Assembly (NCBI RefSeq): GCF_009834535.1
Contig: NC_045696.1
Coordinates: 5,520,001-5,584,000 of the forward strand
DNA from: Camelus ferus
Lineage: Eukaryota
Length of the DNA stretch: 64,000 nt
Direction of reading: 5' to 3'
Shown: positions 51,863-64,000 of the stretch, one piece after another
Position numbering within the stretch: position 1 is the first letter of the stretch
Layout: each line of letters starts with the position of its first letter
Notes under the pieces: generated by a model
Database searches by the model: none
Told to the model about the DNA's origin: nothing
The model's input: only the letters and a program-made list of their open reading frames with translations
Position numbers and translations under genes: made by a program

Positions 51863-52699
51863 AATCAATAGGCAGATTCAGGAGAAGGAAAAGTTTATGG
51901 CCACTCCAAGTTGACGGCCATAACTGTCCTGAAATAGGAAAACAGACAGGAGAAGGGCCCTTCTGACAGTACAAATGCGATGTTTGCAGCAGGAGAAATA
52001 TACCAGGTAGCATTTAGACGCAGAGAGGGGAGAGGTGTCAGCAAAATCTTACAAGAAAGACAAAATAGCTCTCATACACTGAGGTGGGGCAAGGTGAGCA
52101 GAGAAATGCTTCAAATCTACCTGGTGAAAAAGTCATGGGGCTGGACCAGCTGTTGGTAAACAGACACTCCGCACCAGGAGGCAAAATTATAGCCACAGGC
52201 TTTGCACATCGTAGCCATGGCTGCAAATCAGTCAAGGGCAAGAGATGCAGAAGCAGCCACTCCTGTTGGCAGAGAATCGTGCAAAGGATGCCAGGTTGCA
52301 AATTTATTCGTCCACACCATTATCTCTACACACGGTGGACAGTGATGGCTACCCGTGAACAAAGCTTCGGAGATAACATGCACAGCAGAGTGACTAACAC
52401 AAAACGTGACATCACAAGACAATGAGTGTCATTTGGACCAAAGAATCAGCGCCACAAAAAACATCCATCCCAGTGGAGACAGAGAAGCTCTACCGAGAAT
52501 TCAAACTTGGCAACAGACAGAGTTCCGGCTACACAGAGACTATAAATGAAGAAACATGCTCCTTGACGTGCTGTGTGCCAGAAACTGACACACTGTAACT
52601 GATTGTACTGCAATAAAAAATAAATTAATTTTAAAAAAGATAATGGGTAAAACCATTTACCCAAAAAAAAAGAAAAGAAAAAAAGAAATATGCTCCTCG

Positions 52700-53130
52700 A
52701 GACAAGATATTTGCTATTAATTTTTATTTGTATGATTGATCTCTGGAAAGCTAATTCTGAGAAAGGAAGCATAGATACATACAAGGAAACACTTCGGTCG
52801 TTTTACAAAGTTCTCTATTTTGAGATCATTTTTAGAGGGTATTAGCGAGGTCTATTCATGCAGAGCAAAAAAAAAAAAAAAGAGAGAGAGAGAAATTAAC
52901 CAAAGGCCACATGTCAGGCCCATGAAGGGATGCGTGTGTTGTCTGCACATCTAATTCCATGCTGATATGATTAAGTAGACACATGGGTGTACATCTAACC
53001 GTGTCAGATCATACAATTCCTTGGTGAACCCTGGGTGGGCTGAGGGAGCGGGGGTAGCTTCCAGCCAAAGTATTTTGTGGAGTTCGGTTTGTGGGGAGAC
53101 AGTTGAAATGGTGCTTCGTGCTTGGATTTC
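52700..53130 (-). other. SH3BGR: SH3BGR non-coding 3' terminal exon (3'UTR)
   Basis: Strong acceptor with branch-like CTAAT: CTTCTCCCTAATCTTTCCCCTTTCTTTTAG|GAAATCC. AATAAA lies ~400 nt later, followed by a U-rich downstream element. The 3' end is approximate. Confidence 0.7.
52723..52728 (-). terminator. Polyadenylation signal AATAAA for SH3BGR
   Basis: TTTATT on + at 52723-52728. On the minus strand it is followed ~40 nt downstream by a long U-rich tract (52663-52690). Confidence 0.65.
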
Positions 53131-54047
53131 CTAAAAGAAAGGGGAAAGATTAGGGAGAAGATGGTGCAAGACCGACAGAAAGTTTACCACAAACTTAATT
53201 ATTTAACTTGCAACCAAGGGAAGCACTGCCTCTTGTTCTAGAAACCACTACTCATCAAGCATAAAGAAAGGAAACTCAGCTTTTCTCGGGGAAAACCAGA
53301 CTAGATTTCTATCTTTTCTCTGTACCAACACATCATCAAACACCAAAAGGAAGCAGACATCTCCAAACACAGTTTCCCCACTGCGTTTCCATGGAAAATG
53401 GAGAGGCTGGGTATATAGCTTAGCCCTGGAGGAGGAGATTTAAACGGTCCACGGCTGGACTAGAGGACAGTGTTAAGCAGCAGCTTTTCAGGAGACGGAA
53501 CTCATCTCATATTATACACTATTTCTCCTGGGACGTTCATTTAGCATCAATTACAGACACAGGACACAAGAAATCTTTCCTAGTTCCATTCATTGCCACG
53601 TTCTCCCAAAAACCATCTTTTCAAATAAAATGCCTGGTATATCCGTGAGCTCTGGGGCGGGTGTGCCTTTGGAAGAAGAGTGTCTTGCCCCATTGAATGC
53701 ATGACTGCACCGCCAGGTTGCATTTCCAAGGAGGATATTGAATCTCTCCACAGGGTCGGGTGGGACTTAGGGAGGTACCGAAGTCATGGCTTCACTGTCA
53801 GACATGTCGACCTCCCAACAGACTATTAGGGACTAAATTCCAAACCAGAAACCATCAGAGAAACAGGCAAAATGTGCTGGTCATAACTGTACTTGCCTTT
53901 CAAAAAAAAGAAAAATTCAGCTTGGCCACATGAAGGATTCTCTCTCAATGTGCCATTTCACATTCAATTCTTTTTTTCTAATTACCACATTAAAACTGCA
54001 TGATTTTAAACGAACGTTACAAGCAGAGTGAATAGAAATGGGTTTAT

Positions 54048-54215
54048 GGGGGAGGGTATACCTCAGTGGTAGAGAGTGTGCTTAGCATGCACAAGGTCCT
54101 GGGTTCAGTCCCCAGTCCCTCCATTTAAAAATAAATAAACAAATAAACCTAATTACCTCACGCCACCCCCCAAAAAAGTAAATTTATAATCAATAAGAAG
54201 AAGAAGAAGAAAAAC
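54048..54215 (+). mobile_element. Vic-1-type SINE in SH3BGR 3'UTR intron
   Basis: GGGGAGGGTATACCTCAGTGGTAGAGAGTGTGCTTAGCATGCACAAGGTCCTGGGTTCAGTCCCCAG. Confidence 0.88.
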
Positions 54216-55926
54216 GTTTTTTAAAAATGTATTTAAACAGTATTTGCTGTTTGGGCTTTTCTTTTGGGGAATAATGATGAATATCAATATCTTTTCCTTT
54301 CTCATCACTCTTCAGACAGGATTTCTAAAGATAAATGTGTCTTTTTTCTTTTGTTAAAACTGGGTCCCTTATTAGGGAGGCTAATAAGACTGAAAACAGA
54401 CTTCTCCCTAGTAACCACAGAAGAAAATTAAAAATAAACAAATGGGATCACTTCCAAAATGACAATCACTTGGCCCTAAAGTAAAGTTCTCTGTGTCCAG
54501 AACAGGGAAGAAACCAGTGGAAGAAGATCAAGTGATGGGCTAGCCTGGCTTTGCAATCTGAACAAAGGAGTGATGAATCCTCAGTGGTCCAAGAACAAAT
54601 TGAGATGGCTACTCTCACCAGCTCCAAGGTTTCCTAAAAACACATTCACCATTTTTTATATTAATGCTTATGTATGTAAGCCTAAGGAGATGAAGAGGAG
54701 AGGTTCACACTATTCAGACCGCTCCTTGGTACTCAGAGCAGCGCTATTTGTTAGCTGATATTTAAGAAACACCGAAGGTTTCTTTTTCCTTCTCCAGCTG
54801 AGTCCTTTTGTCCGTCCTTCCCTAGAAAGGCTCTGAGTTTGACCACAGACCTTAACTGAAGACCCACTGTGTGCCTGGTGCTTACTCTCTCATGCTCTCC
54901 TTCCTGCCCCAAAATCTGTCTTACGTGTTTCAGTAGAGGCAGAATATGGACAATAAGGAGACTAAAAAAAGTTTTATTTTATTTTAAATTTTAAAAAGAA
55001 CCCTTATAGCACCAGAACAAACTATCAGCTTCACTGCCCTAGAGAACAAATAAATGGCTGCCCTCAGATCTGGTTTTAAGGTCAAATAATGTTAATAATA
55101 ACATAACGTTTTACTGGCTAAGTGTCGGCTAGAACCAGATGTTTTTGTAGCACGTAGTGATCTTTAGGTGTTTTCTTGTGTAGCGTCTTATCTGCTTGGT
55201 CCATGATATTTGAGCACGTCCCCTGTGTCCTCAGTCTCCACTATCATTACGTTATTAATATGTTTATGTGACACTCACCAGACTGTTGAGAACGCCGTCA
55301 TTCTTTTTCACCGTCAGTAGAAGTTTAAAATTACAAGGTGGTAAGCAGGCTTGCCAAAGATACCTACAGTGACTTCACCATGTTCCAAAGTGTTCCTACC
55401 TGAGTGCTCTGGCGAATATTGAATAAATGAAAATGTAGTATCAAGCCCTTATCACTGAATCTCCAGCAGCAGTATTTTTTTCATAAACAGGCAGCTTTGT
55501 GGGGATTTTAGGTTATAATTTATTGCCACCATTATGAACATCAGCTGTCACTCCCCTGTAGATATGCAAGTGTTCTGGTCAGTAAAGGAATCCACGTGAT
55601 CGGACGCTGACAACAGGACATTTCCTGTGCTTTCACTTAAACAAAGAGGACGAGGCAGGGACAAGTGCAACACAAACCCTACTCGTCTCAAAGTTAGGCT
55701 TTTTTAAAGGAATCATATGAACCACTGCGCCCTAGAAACAGGCTTCCCCAGCCTTGCGGCCCCAGAAGGCGCAGCCCAGGGCCTCGGGGAGCCAGACCAA
55801 GAGGCTGAGCTGGACTCCACTCCTATCCCCAGGTGGAATGTGGTCCAGACGAGACTGACACACAAGTCCTCACCCCCAGAACCACGCGGCTACCTGGAAC
55901 GTCGGGCACACAAAGCACGAGGAGGC

Positions 55927-56043
55927 CTAAGAATCTTCTTCCTCTTCTTCTTCTTCTCCGGGCTCCTCTTCCTGCCCCTTGTCAGCCTCCGCTTCCTCTG
56001 CGTCCCCTTCTGCTCCCTCCTCTGTTACTTCTTCCGTCTCATT
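55927..56043 (-). CDS. SH3BGR: SH3BGR last coding exon (NETEEVTEEGAEGDAEEAEADKGQEEEPGEEEEEEEDS*)
   Basis: Acceptor TTTTTGTCAG|AAT, then 38 codons and TAG at 55927-55929. Closely resembles the human SH3BGR C-terminus ([31 protein letters not shown]) and is in frame with the upstream microexon. The exon continues as UTR to a donor at 55894 (CCAG|GTAGCC) or 55874 (GG|GTGAGG). Confidence 0.92.
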   Translation of the reverse strand, partial: NETEEVTEEGAEGDAEEAEADKGQEEEPGEEEEEEEDS

Positions 56044-56152
56044 CTGACAAAAATTACATTGTTATTGAGAAGAGTCAGGGTCAACAGATACAGTGAGGAA
56101 AGGAGCGTAAAAGACCAGATTAGAGTGGAGGTCCTTCTGCACCCCCCACCGG

Positions 56153-56276
56153 ACACACGTACACACCTGACACACACACAGCACACACCCATACACACAC
56201 AACACACATACACACAACACACACACAACACACACCCATACACACACAACACATAACACACACACACACACACACA
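56153..56276. repeat. Imperfect (CA)n / minus-strand (TG)n tract
   Basis: Direct reading. Confidence 0.95.
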
Positions 56277-58067
56277 AAGACATCATCCTCCCAAATACAG
56301 ACCCCACAATTTGGGATGGCTCTGCAGAGCAGTGCATTACTTCTGATGAGTTTCACGATTTCACTTAAGCATACAGTCTTTACTCAAATTAACAGACTAG
56401 TCTCGTCAAATGACTTTTAAAAATTCAGAAGGCAGATGGGAGAATAAAATACAAAAAGAATCTCAGCAAATAGAATTTTGTCAAAAAGATGAGGCTTTTA
56501 AATGTTTTAAGCTGGTTATAGTTTGTTATAACCCCCTAATTTCTTGAAGCCAAAGCTTTCAGCAACCAACACATATAATCTGAATTACTTCCAAATGAAT
56601 AGCATGTTTGTCTTACTATGATATATAAAAATGGGATTTTTAAAAATGGAAGTTTGCCTAGCAAGAGAGAAACTAAAGAATTATTATTGAAGAGCTGTAA
56701 CTTATAATGAAAAATCATGGACAATGAAATAATAGAATTGCCTCAATTATGACTCCCTTCTCTTTTAGAATAAAAGAATTTTAATAAAAAATAGTAAAAC
56801 AGCTAAGCTATCAGCACATACTGTTCCCCTTCAGACTACTGTCAGTGTATGTACATACACACATTACACAGCTATCATTGACAGAGTCTATCTAGAATTT
56901 TTATGTTTATGTTTTGTGTCACTCACTTCCAATTAAAAGTTCTTCACTGACAAAAGCAAAAAAGACTCATGGTATAGAATAGGCTAAAAATAACTTTTAG
57001 GTCTAAGAACAGGGACTACTTTGATAGAAATAACATTAAAAATAATGAAGCAATCTATATTTACCATCCCCCCAAAATATAGATTAATTACATGAACAAA
57101 AGTAGATTATAAAAGTATATTCATCAAGGTTTGATAAATGTGTGTGTGTGCATGTGTGGGTGTGTAGCTAGTGGTTATCTCTGGGAAATGCATTTATAAG
57201 CCATTTTTATTTTTTTCTTTTATCTGTATTTTCTAAGTTGTCTGTAAAGATCATGAATTATTTGCAATTTCAAAAATCAACACAAGTTTGAGGGGGAGTT
57301 TCTCTTGACATCTGAGACCCTTTCTAATGTTGATGACCCGGCCCTGAAATACCCAGACAACACACATGACTTTGGGTCAATATTCTCCATATCTTTGCGT
57401 TCTCGATTTTCATTTAGCTCTCCAATGAGCATTTTAAAGTGATTAATCCAAAAATGTTCAAAGACAATACTCTTAAAACTCTTGACTACAACGAAAGTAG
57501 CTGCGATGTAGCTAACGTGAGAGGATGAAGTAAGAGTAGGGAGAATTCGAGAACGTCACTTGGGATCTGCCCCCAGAATCCACCAACACTCTCTGAACTG
57601 TCTACACATTGTCATGATTCTGTCCCTGTTAGAGTTTAAAGTTACAACTCCCCAGTGTCCAGCTAATAAAGCGCAGATTCAACAGGCGAGCAGCCGGGTA
57701 AGCATCTCAATTATGCATCACTGTGACAGGTAGCACCTCTCCCACGTTGTCAGCCATCCAAGAACAGCGTGCTGACCTGGTCATGCTCAACTAGTGAAAA
57801 TTATCCTAAAGGTCCTTATCAAGGACTCCTCGCCCAGTGCCTGCTAGGGAGCAAAACTCCCTATTTTTCTGCCCACTTCCCTTTGATAAATTAGCCTCCA
57901 ACTCATTTTATCTCTCTCTTCTCAGCAGCTAGAGGAGGACGTTCTGGGAGCACGGGTTGCATCAGCTTCTCTGTATCACGAAGCACGAGGAGAATGAGGC
58001 CAAAGCTGCAATTCTCTCACCTAAAAGCTGTTTTTGTTAAGCACAACCGTGGAGTTTGCTACTGTAC

Positions 58068-58097
58068 CTGTTCCGTGGCTGTCTCTCCCTCTTCTTC
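58068..58097 (-). CDS. SH3BGR: SH3BGR 30-nt coding microexon (EEEGETATEQ)
   Basis: Minus strand reads TTTTTTCCTTTAATTTCTATTTATGGACCTAAG|GAA GAA GAG GGA GAG ACA GCC ACG GAA CAG|GTACAG, phase 0/0. The peptide matches the EEEGETATE segment of the Glu-rich C-terminus of mammalian SH3BGR, as recalled. Confidence 0.88.
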
Positions 58098-58169
58098 CTT
58101 AGGTCCATAAATAGAAATTAAAGGAAAAAATAGAAGTTCATGTAAGCTTTAAGTTGAATTTAAAAATTC

Positions 58170-58450
58170 AGAAAACTATTATGGTTTCCCAAGGGGAAGG
58201 GAGGAAGGGATAAATTAGGAGTTTAGGATTGACATGTACAACACTACCCTACATAAAACACATAAACAAGGACCTGCTGTACAGCACAGGAAACTATGCT
58301 GAATAGCTTTTAATAAGCTATGATGGAAAAGAATCTGAAAATGAATAAATGTATATATACACATAATACATATAACTGAATCACTTTGCTGTACACCCAA
58401 AACATTGCAAATCAACTATACTTCATTAAAAATAATTTTAATAAATAAAT
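58170..58450 (+). mobile_element. L1 3' tail
   Basis: GGGATAAATTAGGAGTTT..AAACAAGGACCTGCTGTACAGCACAGG..ACTGAATCACTTTGCTGTACAC. Confidence 0.8.
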
Positions 58451-59537
58451 AAAAATTAAGTGAACTATAATAAAATGCATGCTTCATCAAAATTAAAGAT
58501 ATTAGTTTATTGAGAAAATAAAAAACAGCAAACATATGATAACTCAGCAATGCCTACTTATTTCATGCATCTTGGAATCTCACAAGATTAAGGACATATT
58601 TTCATCACTTTCATTCCTGAGAAAATACTATTCATTAGTAGTACTGCTTAATTACATGTTTAATTCTGCCTCTATATCCAAAGCATATTGCAGATCTATA
58701 GAGTTATCTGGGGAAATTCAGGCCACATATGTAAGCAGTCAGACAATTTGAATAAAATTGTCTTTTCTGCCTTTGTGTCCTTATAAGTATGCCTTTGCTT
58801 CAGTTTTGAACCAATTAATAAAAGCAGATCAAAAACTTCCTCCATCAGAACAAAATGGGAACATTCCTGAACCGTGTAGTATTAACACTGATTTCTGGTT
58901 AAAGAAAGAAACTTTAAGGTAAGAAAGGGTGAGGCCATCCCCAGCTCAAACAGGTCTCTACACTGCCAACACACTGGGATTTCTGTTTTCCCCGGGATCA
59001 AAGTAGTAGAACCAGGTGATATCTCCTGAAATTGCAAGGAAGTAAGAACCTCTCCATCCCTCCCCAAAACAGCCCTCTGAGAAGCCTCTCTGGAGCCACA
59101 GGACTACAATTGCTTTAATTCAGTGGAGAGCAGTCCCTAAAAATCCCTAAGGCCTTACAACGCAGGCAGTGAGCTCACAGAATTTTAGACTGGGGGAGTT
59201 GAAAGCAATCTTATATTCACTTACACCCTCTTACTTAGTCCCTTCTTTGTACAAATGAGGACGCCGAGACCACAGAGTTTAAGTAATTTGCGAACAATCA
59301 GAGAACAAGTAAGTCACAGAACCAGGAAACATTTTGAGACTCCTGGTTCCTAGTTTAGTGTCCTTCCTACTCTACCACGCTGCCTCTGAGATGAGTAACA
59401 GAAAAGGTAGAATCATGGAAGGCAAGTGATGGAGGACCCGCCACACCGCCACCTTCCCTGGCCCAGCCTCACGGTCTTGGAGTTCTGGAGTAACATTCTC
59501 AGATTTCTGATTCTGGCAAGGAAAGTACCAAATGTAA

Positions 59538-59695
59538 GGGGGGAGGGTATGGCTCAGGGGTAGAGTGCATGCTCAACATGCCTGAGGTCGTGAGTTCAAT
59601 CCCCAGCACCTCCATTAAAAAAGTAATAATAACAATAAATAAATAAATGAACCTAATTACCCCACACAACCCCCCCAAAAATAGAAAAGACAAAA
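59538..59695 (+). mobile_element. Vic-1-type SINE
   Basis: GGGGAGGGTATGGCTCAGGGGTAGAGTGCATGCT..GTTCAATCCCCAGCACCTCCATTAAAA. Confidence 0.85.
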
Positions 59696-59849
59696 TGTGA
59701 AAACCTGATCCAGCTGGCCCAGGTTGAGTCAGCCCAAGAGGTTTCTCAGCACTGGGAATCTCCAGACAAATTCCAGGCAACACCAAATTTTAATGTTAAA
59801 ATAATATCCAGGAAAAGAGGGTCCTGCTCTTGCTGCAAATTCAGGTGTT

Positions 59850-60360
59850 GGTTGATTGCACCTCTTTATAATCGCCTAATTCTGCTCACACCTTGACCTT
59901 CATCGGCCATGACCTCCATCTTCCCTTCCAGGGGTTACACCACCTCAGGTCTTCCTTATCTCCAGCCTGTTCTCCACACTGTAGCCAGAGATACCGTTCT
60001 AAGACACAACCCACCTTTCCCTTATCAAGGTAAATCCGTAAACCTTAGGCTGGCTGAAAGGCCATCATGATCTGGCCCCCACTCACCCCTTCAGGCTCAT
60101 CATTCTTTATTTCAGCTGACAAGTCTCATGCAACTTCCTCCACACTTTCCAGGACACCTTCCAGGACACTACTTAAAATGATATTTTCAAGGAAGACTTT
60201 CCTGACCCAGAAGGCTTTATTGGCTCTCAAAATCAACATTTACTTATCTGTCTCCCTAACTAGTCTGTATGCTCCTTGGGGCACAAAGTGTGTCTTCATT
60301 TATTTTTGGATCTCCAGGACCCTGCCACTGTCTAGAATCGAGGTACAAGCTCAATGAATG
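59850..60360 (+). mobile_element. L2 remnant
   Basis: TTCTCCACACTGTAGCCAGAG, AGGCCATCATGATCTGGCCCC and GCTCAATGAATG end. Confidence 0.55.
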
Positions 60361-63300
60361 GGTTAAGGTACTGGATAAATAAACATATAAAGACTGCCAT
60401 TAACTCTTTGGATCTCAAACAACATTAATTTTCCTATCCACGTGAGATCAAATTAAAATTCATGATATGCAATGCAGAATTATCAGCTGTACAGAGTTTT
60501 ACATGTTTCTAAATCCAATGATTTTTATTAATTGTGTACAGCTGAAACAAATGAATTAGCAAGAAACACACTATTAAAAATGGATCCTTAGAGCTAGGTT
60601 GGAGGGCAGCAGGGGGCCTTACTTATAAGTGCTAGTCTCAACTTTTTACAGGTTAGTTAGCAGAAATTACCAAGAGAACTAGGACTTTTATTAATATCTG
60701 AATATACCTTAATTTCTTGAAAGAGACATTTGAGAAAGTAACTGCTCACAGAATTCATAGAACTACTTACGTTCAAAAAATCAAATAAGCTTTGAAGAAT
60801 CTTAGATATGACCATCACCAGCTCTACCAGAGTAGAAGGTCTCTGGGAGTTGGACTTGGTCATTTTCATTCCTCCATCCCCAGTCCCTGGACTTCCGGGC
60901 ACAGGGCAGCACTCAGTCAGTCAATAAAACGTCGAATGAAGGTATTTATGCCACTCCTGCCTGAAATCTTTCTTAGGAGGAGGTGGGATATACTAATTAG
61001 ATAAAAACTTAAATGTCCAACCTTAGCTCACAGCATTGTAAACTATCAGAATTAGGCAGATCCTTAAAAGTCATCTAGATATAATGCCTGAATTGATTTT
61101 TATGGTTAGCAAATAATTACTGTGGGCAAAAGGTTATGTTTAAGATCATTATAATCTCATGGTCCATTAAGCCAAGCTTTTGCAAGGTCTTAGAACAGGA
61201 TGTGAACCATTCACGTGATGAAACTACAACTCAAAATCATTTTACCTTGTTGTGCTTCAAAGAAAGCTAGTCAGAGGAAGCCTCTGGAGTGGGAAGCCTT
61301 AGAACCTCACCAGCGCTATTTCTGTTGGGAACCTGGCCAGGGAGGCAGACTGCTGACGTGGCACACGGCCAGGACCAAGGACAGGTGTCGGCCGTGGTGA
61401 GTGTCAGGCAGTGGCTGGTGTGAGAGGAAGGGGAGGGCCAGCCCAGAGTGACCGGAGGAGGGCAGCCGATCTCAGGGAGGCCGGAGATTGAGGGCAAGAG
61501 AAGGGTTCTCTCCATCTGCAGGCACCACTTGGATGCAACCTTAGACTCACTAGCTGGTTGAGGACCTAAACCAACGCCTACTTCCCAGTTAAGCAACCAT
61601 CCTCAAGACCGATTTCGGAGGAAGCCAAGTGAAGTGATGTACAGACCAAAATCATGGAGTCAGTCAAGCCGAGGTCTTAAAAGATTTTGAAGAGGACCAC
61701 TGAGTTGGAAAGAATGCAACTTTAAAGCCTTTGACCTCGATGAAAACCAAACGCAATGATGAATAAGCTGCATCTTTTATATGTCCAGAGTTTCCTAAAG
61801 TTCTCACAACACCCCCAGTCTGCAGTTCCTTTCTCAGGGTGTGCCCAGATGCCAAAGTCACCTTCCACTTTCCTCCTTTACTTTTCTAGTACCGTTCACA
61901 AGAGTCTCCTCATCCTCCCTGGGTCATCAGGGGAGGGGACTGTTAAGTCCTACAGGTAAGATCTTCTTAGGCAGAAATTAATTGTCTTTTCAGTGTTCAC
62001 CATCTTGCCTCCCAAATGCTGCCCCAACCTGTCAACAAGTAGGTAATATACATCTTAGCATCTTGTGGTTAAGAACCCCAGAAGCTTGGGTTGGTGGACG
62101 GGGAAATCCATGTCATTAAAGGAGACCATGGTTTCTGTCTACATTTCTCATTTTTTTAATCAATGTGATATTCTTCTACAAACATTTTTCCCCATTAAAA
62201 GAGCACCCTCTGAGTGTCTACAAGTGTGTGCTGGGTGAGCACGGGCAATAGTTGAGATCAGAGACAAACATGACTCAGACACTCACTTAGCGGGTCTGTC
62301 ACTCGGCTTAACACCGCCAGCCGCTGGAGGGAACTGTCAGCACTGCACACTTGAAAATGGTTCTTAACACACAAATGAAAGGCTTGAAAAATGGCCAACT
62401 CTGAAGAAGGTCTGTAAGTCTACCTAGCAGAGATATTCCTGGTTTCCATCTCTACTGTGTCATTTGAGATGTCACCCCTGGGGGACGCCAGGGGAAGGGC
62501 ACACAGGACTCGGCACTGTGTCCCTGCGAGTGTGTAGCTGTTTCCAGATAAAAGGTTAAAACACTTTCACACTTCCTCATCAGGAATGGTGGGGCTGAAT
62601 CAGGCTGTGAGCTCTCACTTTGCTCTCCCTACTACAGAAAATTAGAGAGAGAAGAAAGCCACTGTCCCTCCCCACACTCCAAGGAAGATGGCCACGTGCC
62701 TGCTCTGGTTCCCCGTCCCTAGGGAAGAAGTGATAGGCCTTGCTTTTCAAAGCCCTGGGCTCGGAGAGGCGATGAAGCTAGATGCTCCCTGGAAGGAAGA
62801 GCTTGGAGCTGAGATGGGTGCAGCCAGGTGGAAGAGAGAAGCGGGCAGAAGGTGGTGGGTGTCCCAGGAGTGACGCCCGATACAGAGGCTGAGTCAGGGA
62901 CCACTGGGGCATCTGGGGAGCACCTGGGCACTCTGCCCCAGGGAGCAGCCGAATGTGGTCAGAGGGCTGGAGCCCAGCCAGGGCAGAGGGCCTGACCCAC
63001 ACGGAGATACCAGCTCTCAACAGTGGCAACGAGCAGCATAAACCACGTCCCAGCGTGACCACCACAAAGAACCAGAGCCCTCGCCCCGTCCCGCCACCAC
63101 TGAGAAGCCAGGATGACTCTGAGTCCCTAGGGAAGACTGAGTCTCCCAAACACCTCGCCGGGATTGAATTTCCTGCCAGCCCGGGGTTGCGGGGGGAGGT
63201 GCGGGCAGGCAGGAATCTCATCACGTCCAGAGGAATCACTGACGCCAACATTCCATGCACATGAGTCTCTGGAACCAAATCTCAGCGCACAAATATCATG

Positions 63301-63371
63301 GGGTGTTACCTCCCTCACAGCGTGCTGGTCAGAGAAGGGAGCACGGGAAGCTGCTGTGTAAAGACAGTGGT

Positions 63372-63560
63372 GGGGTACGGGGGTGTACAGCTCAGGTGCA
63401 GAGCACACGCTTAGCATGCACGAGGTCCTGGGTTCAATTCCCGGTGTCGCCATGAAATAAATAAACACATAAACCTAATTACTTCCCAATAAATAATAAA
63501 TAAATAAATAAATAAATAAGAACCTAATTACCTCCCCCCAAAAATAAACAAATACAAAAT
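63372..63560 (+). mobile_element. Vic-1-type SINE with duplicated tail motif
   Basis: CAGCTCAGGTGCAGAGCACACGCTTAGCATGCACGAGGTCCTGGGTTCAATTCCC; AACCTAATTAC occurs twice. Confidence 0.85.
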
Positions 63561-64000
63561 GGGCAGGGAGGAGCAGAAGGTAAGAAGCCATGAAATCTTC
63601 TCCAGATGGTTTCAACAGAGCAGTTTTTATCTAAAAGCCTTGGGTTTATCTGGGCAGTAATTATCCAGAAAAGCCTACTAAGATGTGACTGGTACTTTAA
63701 AAATCCATGTTAGGAAGGTCGAACACGGTGCTCGAGTTGCCCTATCTGTTCATCACAAATGAGCCCACGGAAGCCCGGGTGCGCAGCGGGGAAGGTGTGA
63801 GGACGAATGGCCAGGCCGGCCTTCCTACCTTAACCCTGAAAAACAATCCGAAACCAGAAATGCCGACAGAAGGCTCTCGAAGCACAGAAACACAAGGAGT
63901 ATTCTAAATATCAGGTCGTTTCTGCCTCCTTTTTAAATTTCAATCATGTTTTCTATGTAGTCAGTCCCAAAGCTGATCATGTGATGATGTCGTTTTTCAT

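Noticed and set aside
52290..52545. Alternative SH3BGR terminal exon with AATAAA near 52303
   Set aside because: Weaker acceptor than 53130; at most a distal polyA site.
54048..54125. tRNA-Ala-like genes (also at 6770, 30880, 50960, 59540, 63380)
   Set aside because: These are SINE heads with the Vic-1 tail and decayed stems, not tRNA genes.
55717..56256. 179-aa plus-strand ORF with hydrophobic 'TM-like' stretch
   Set aside because: Antisense shadow of the Glu-rich SH3BGR exon plus the CA repeat.
60087..60116. Possible extra acidic SH3BGR exon (AEIKNDEPEG, GTGAGT donor)
   Set aside because: Lies inside an L2 remnant, has a poor acceptor/phase, and does not match the known protein.
61664..61795. 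Acceptor-like CTTTAG followed by an open frame on the minus strand
   Set aside because: The peptide does not resemble SH3BGR; the preceding real exon is probably beyond the window.
1..64000. CRISPR array, operon or other prokaryotic system
   Set aside because: The sequence is mammalian; there are no repeat-spacer arrays or long intact non-TE ORFs.

Overview
Mammalian genomic DNA, almost certainly camelid (six Vic-1-type tRNA-derived SINEs). It is mostly repeat-rich intergenic and intronic sequence. The only well-supported gene is the 3' end of SH3BGR on the minus strand: a 30-nt Glu-rich exon (58068-58097), the stop-codon exon (coding 55927-56043) and a non-coding terminal exon with AATAAA (~52700-53130). 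At the left end, a CCAAT-box region with opposed splice donors (1088-1510) may, by synteny, be the B3GALT5 native promoter and its antisense partner (inference only). Most striking structures: (i) a triply nested L1 complex at 35.8-45 kb, where an ORF1-deleted L1 hosts an antisense ORF2-deleted, probably spliced L1, and the older host 5'UTR remains a CpG island while the younger guest's CpGs have decayed; (ii) a ~540-bp exon-like cassette duplicated in inverted orientation 20 kb away (~1994-3185 vs ~22425-22965). One copy carries a solo LTR, the other shows the empty site and is bracketed by a 120-bp direct repeat. Repeat family names are by-eye recognition, not database hits. No prokaryotic-type system (CRISPR, operon) is present.
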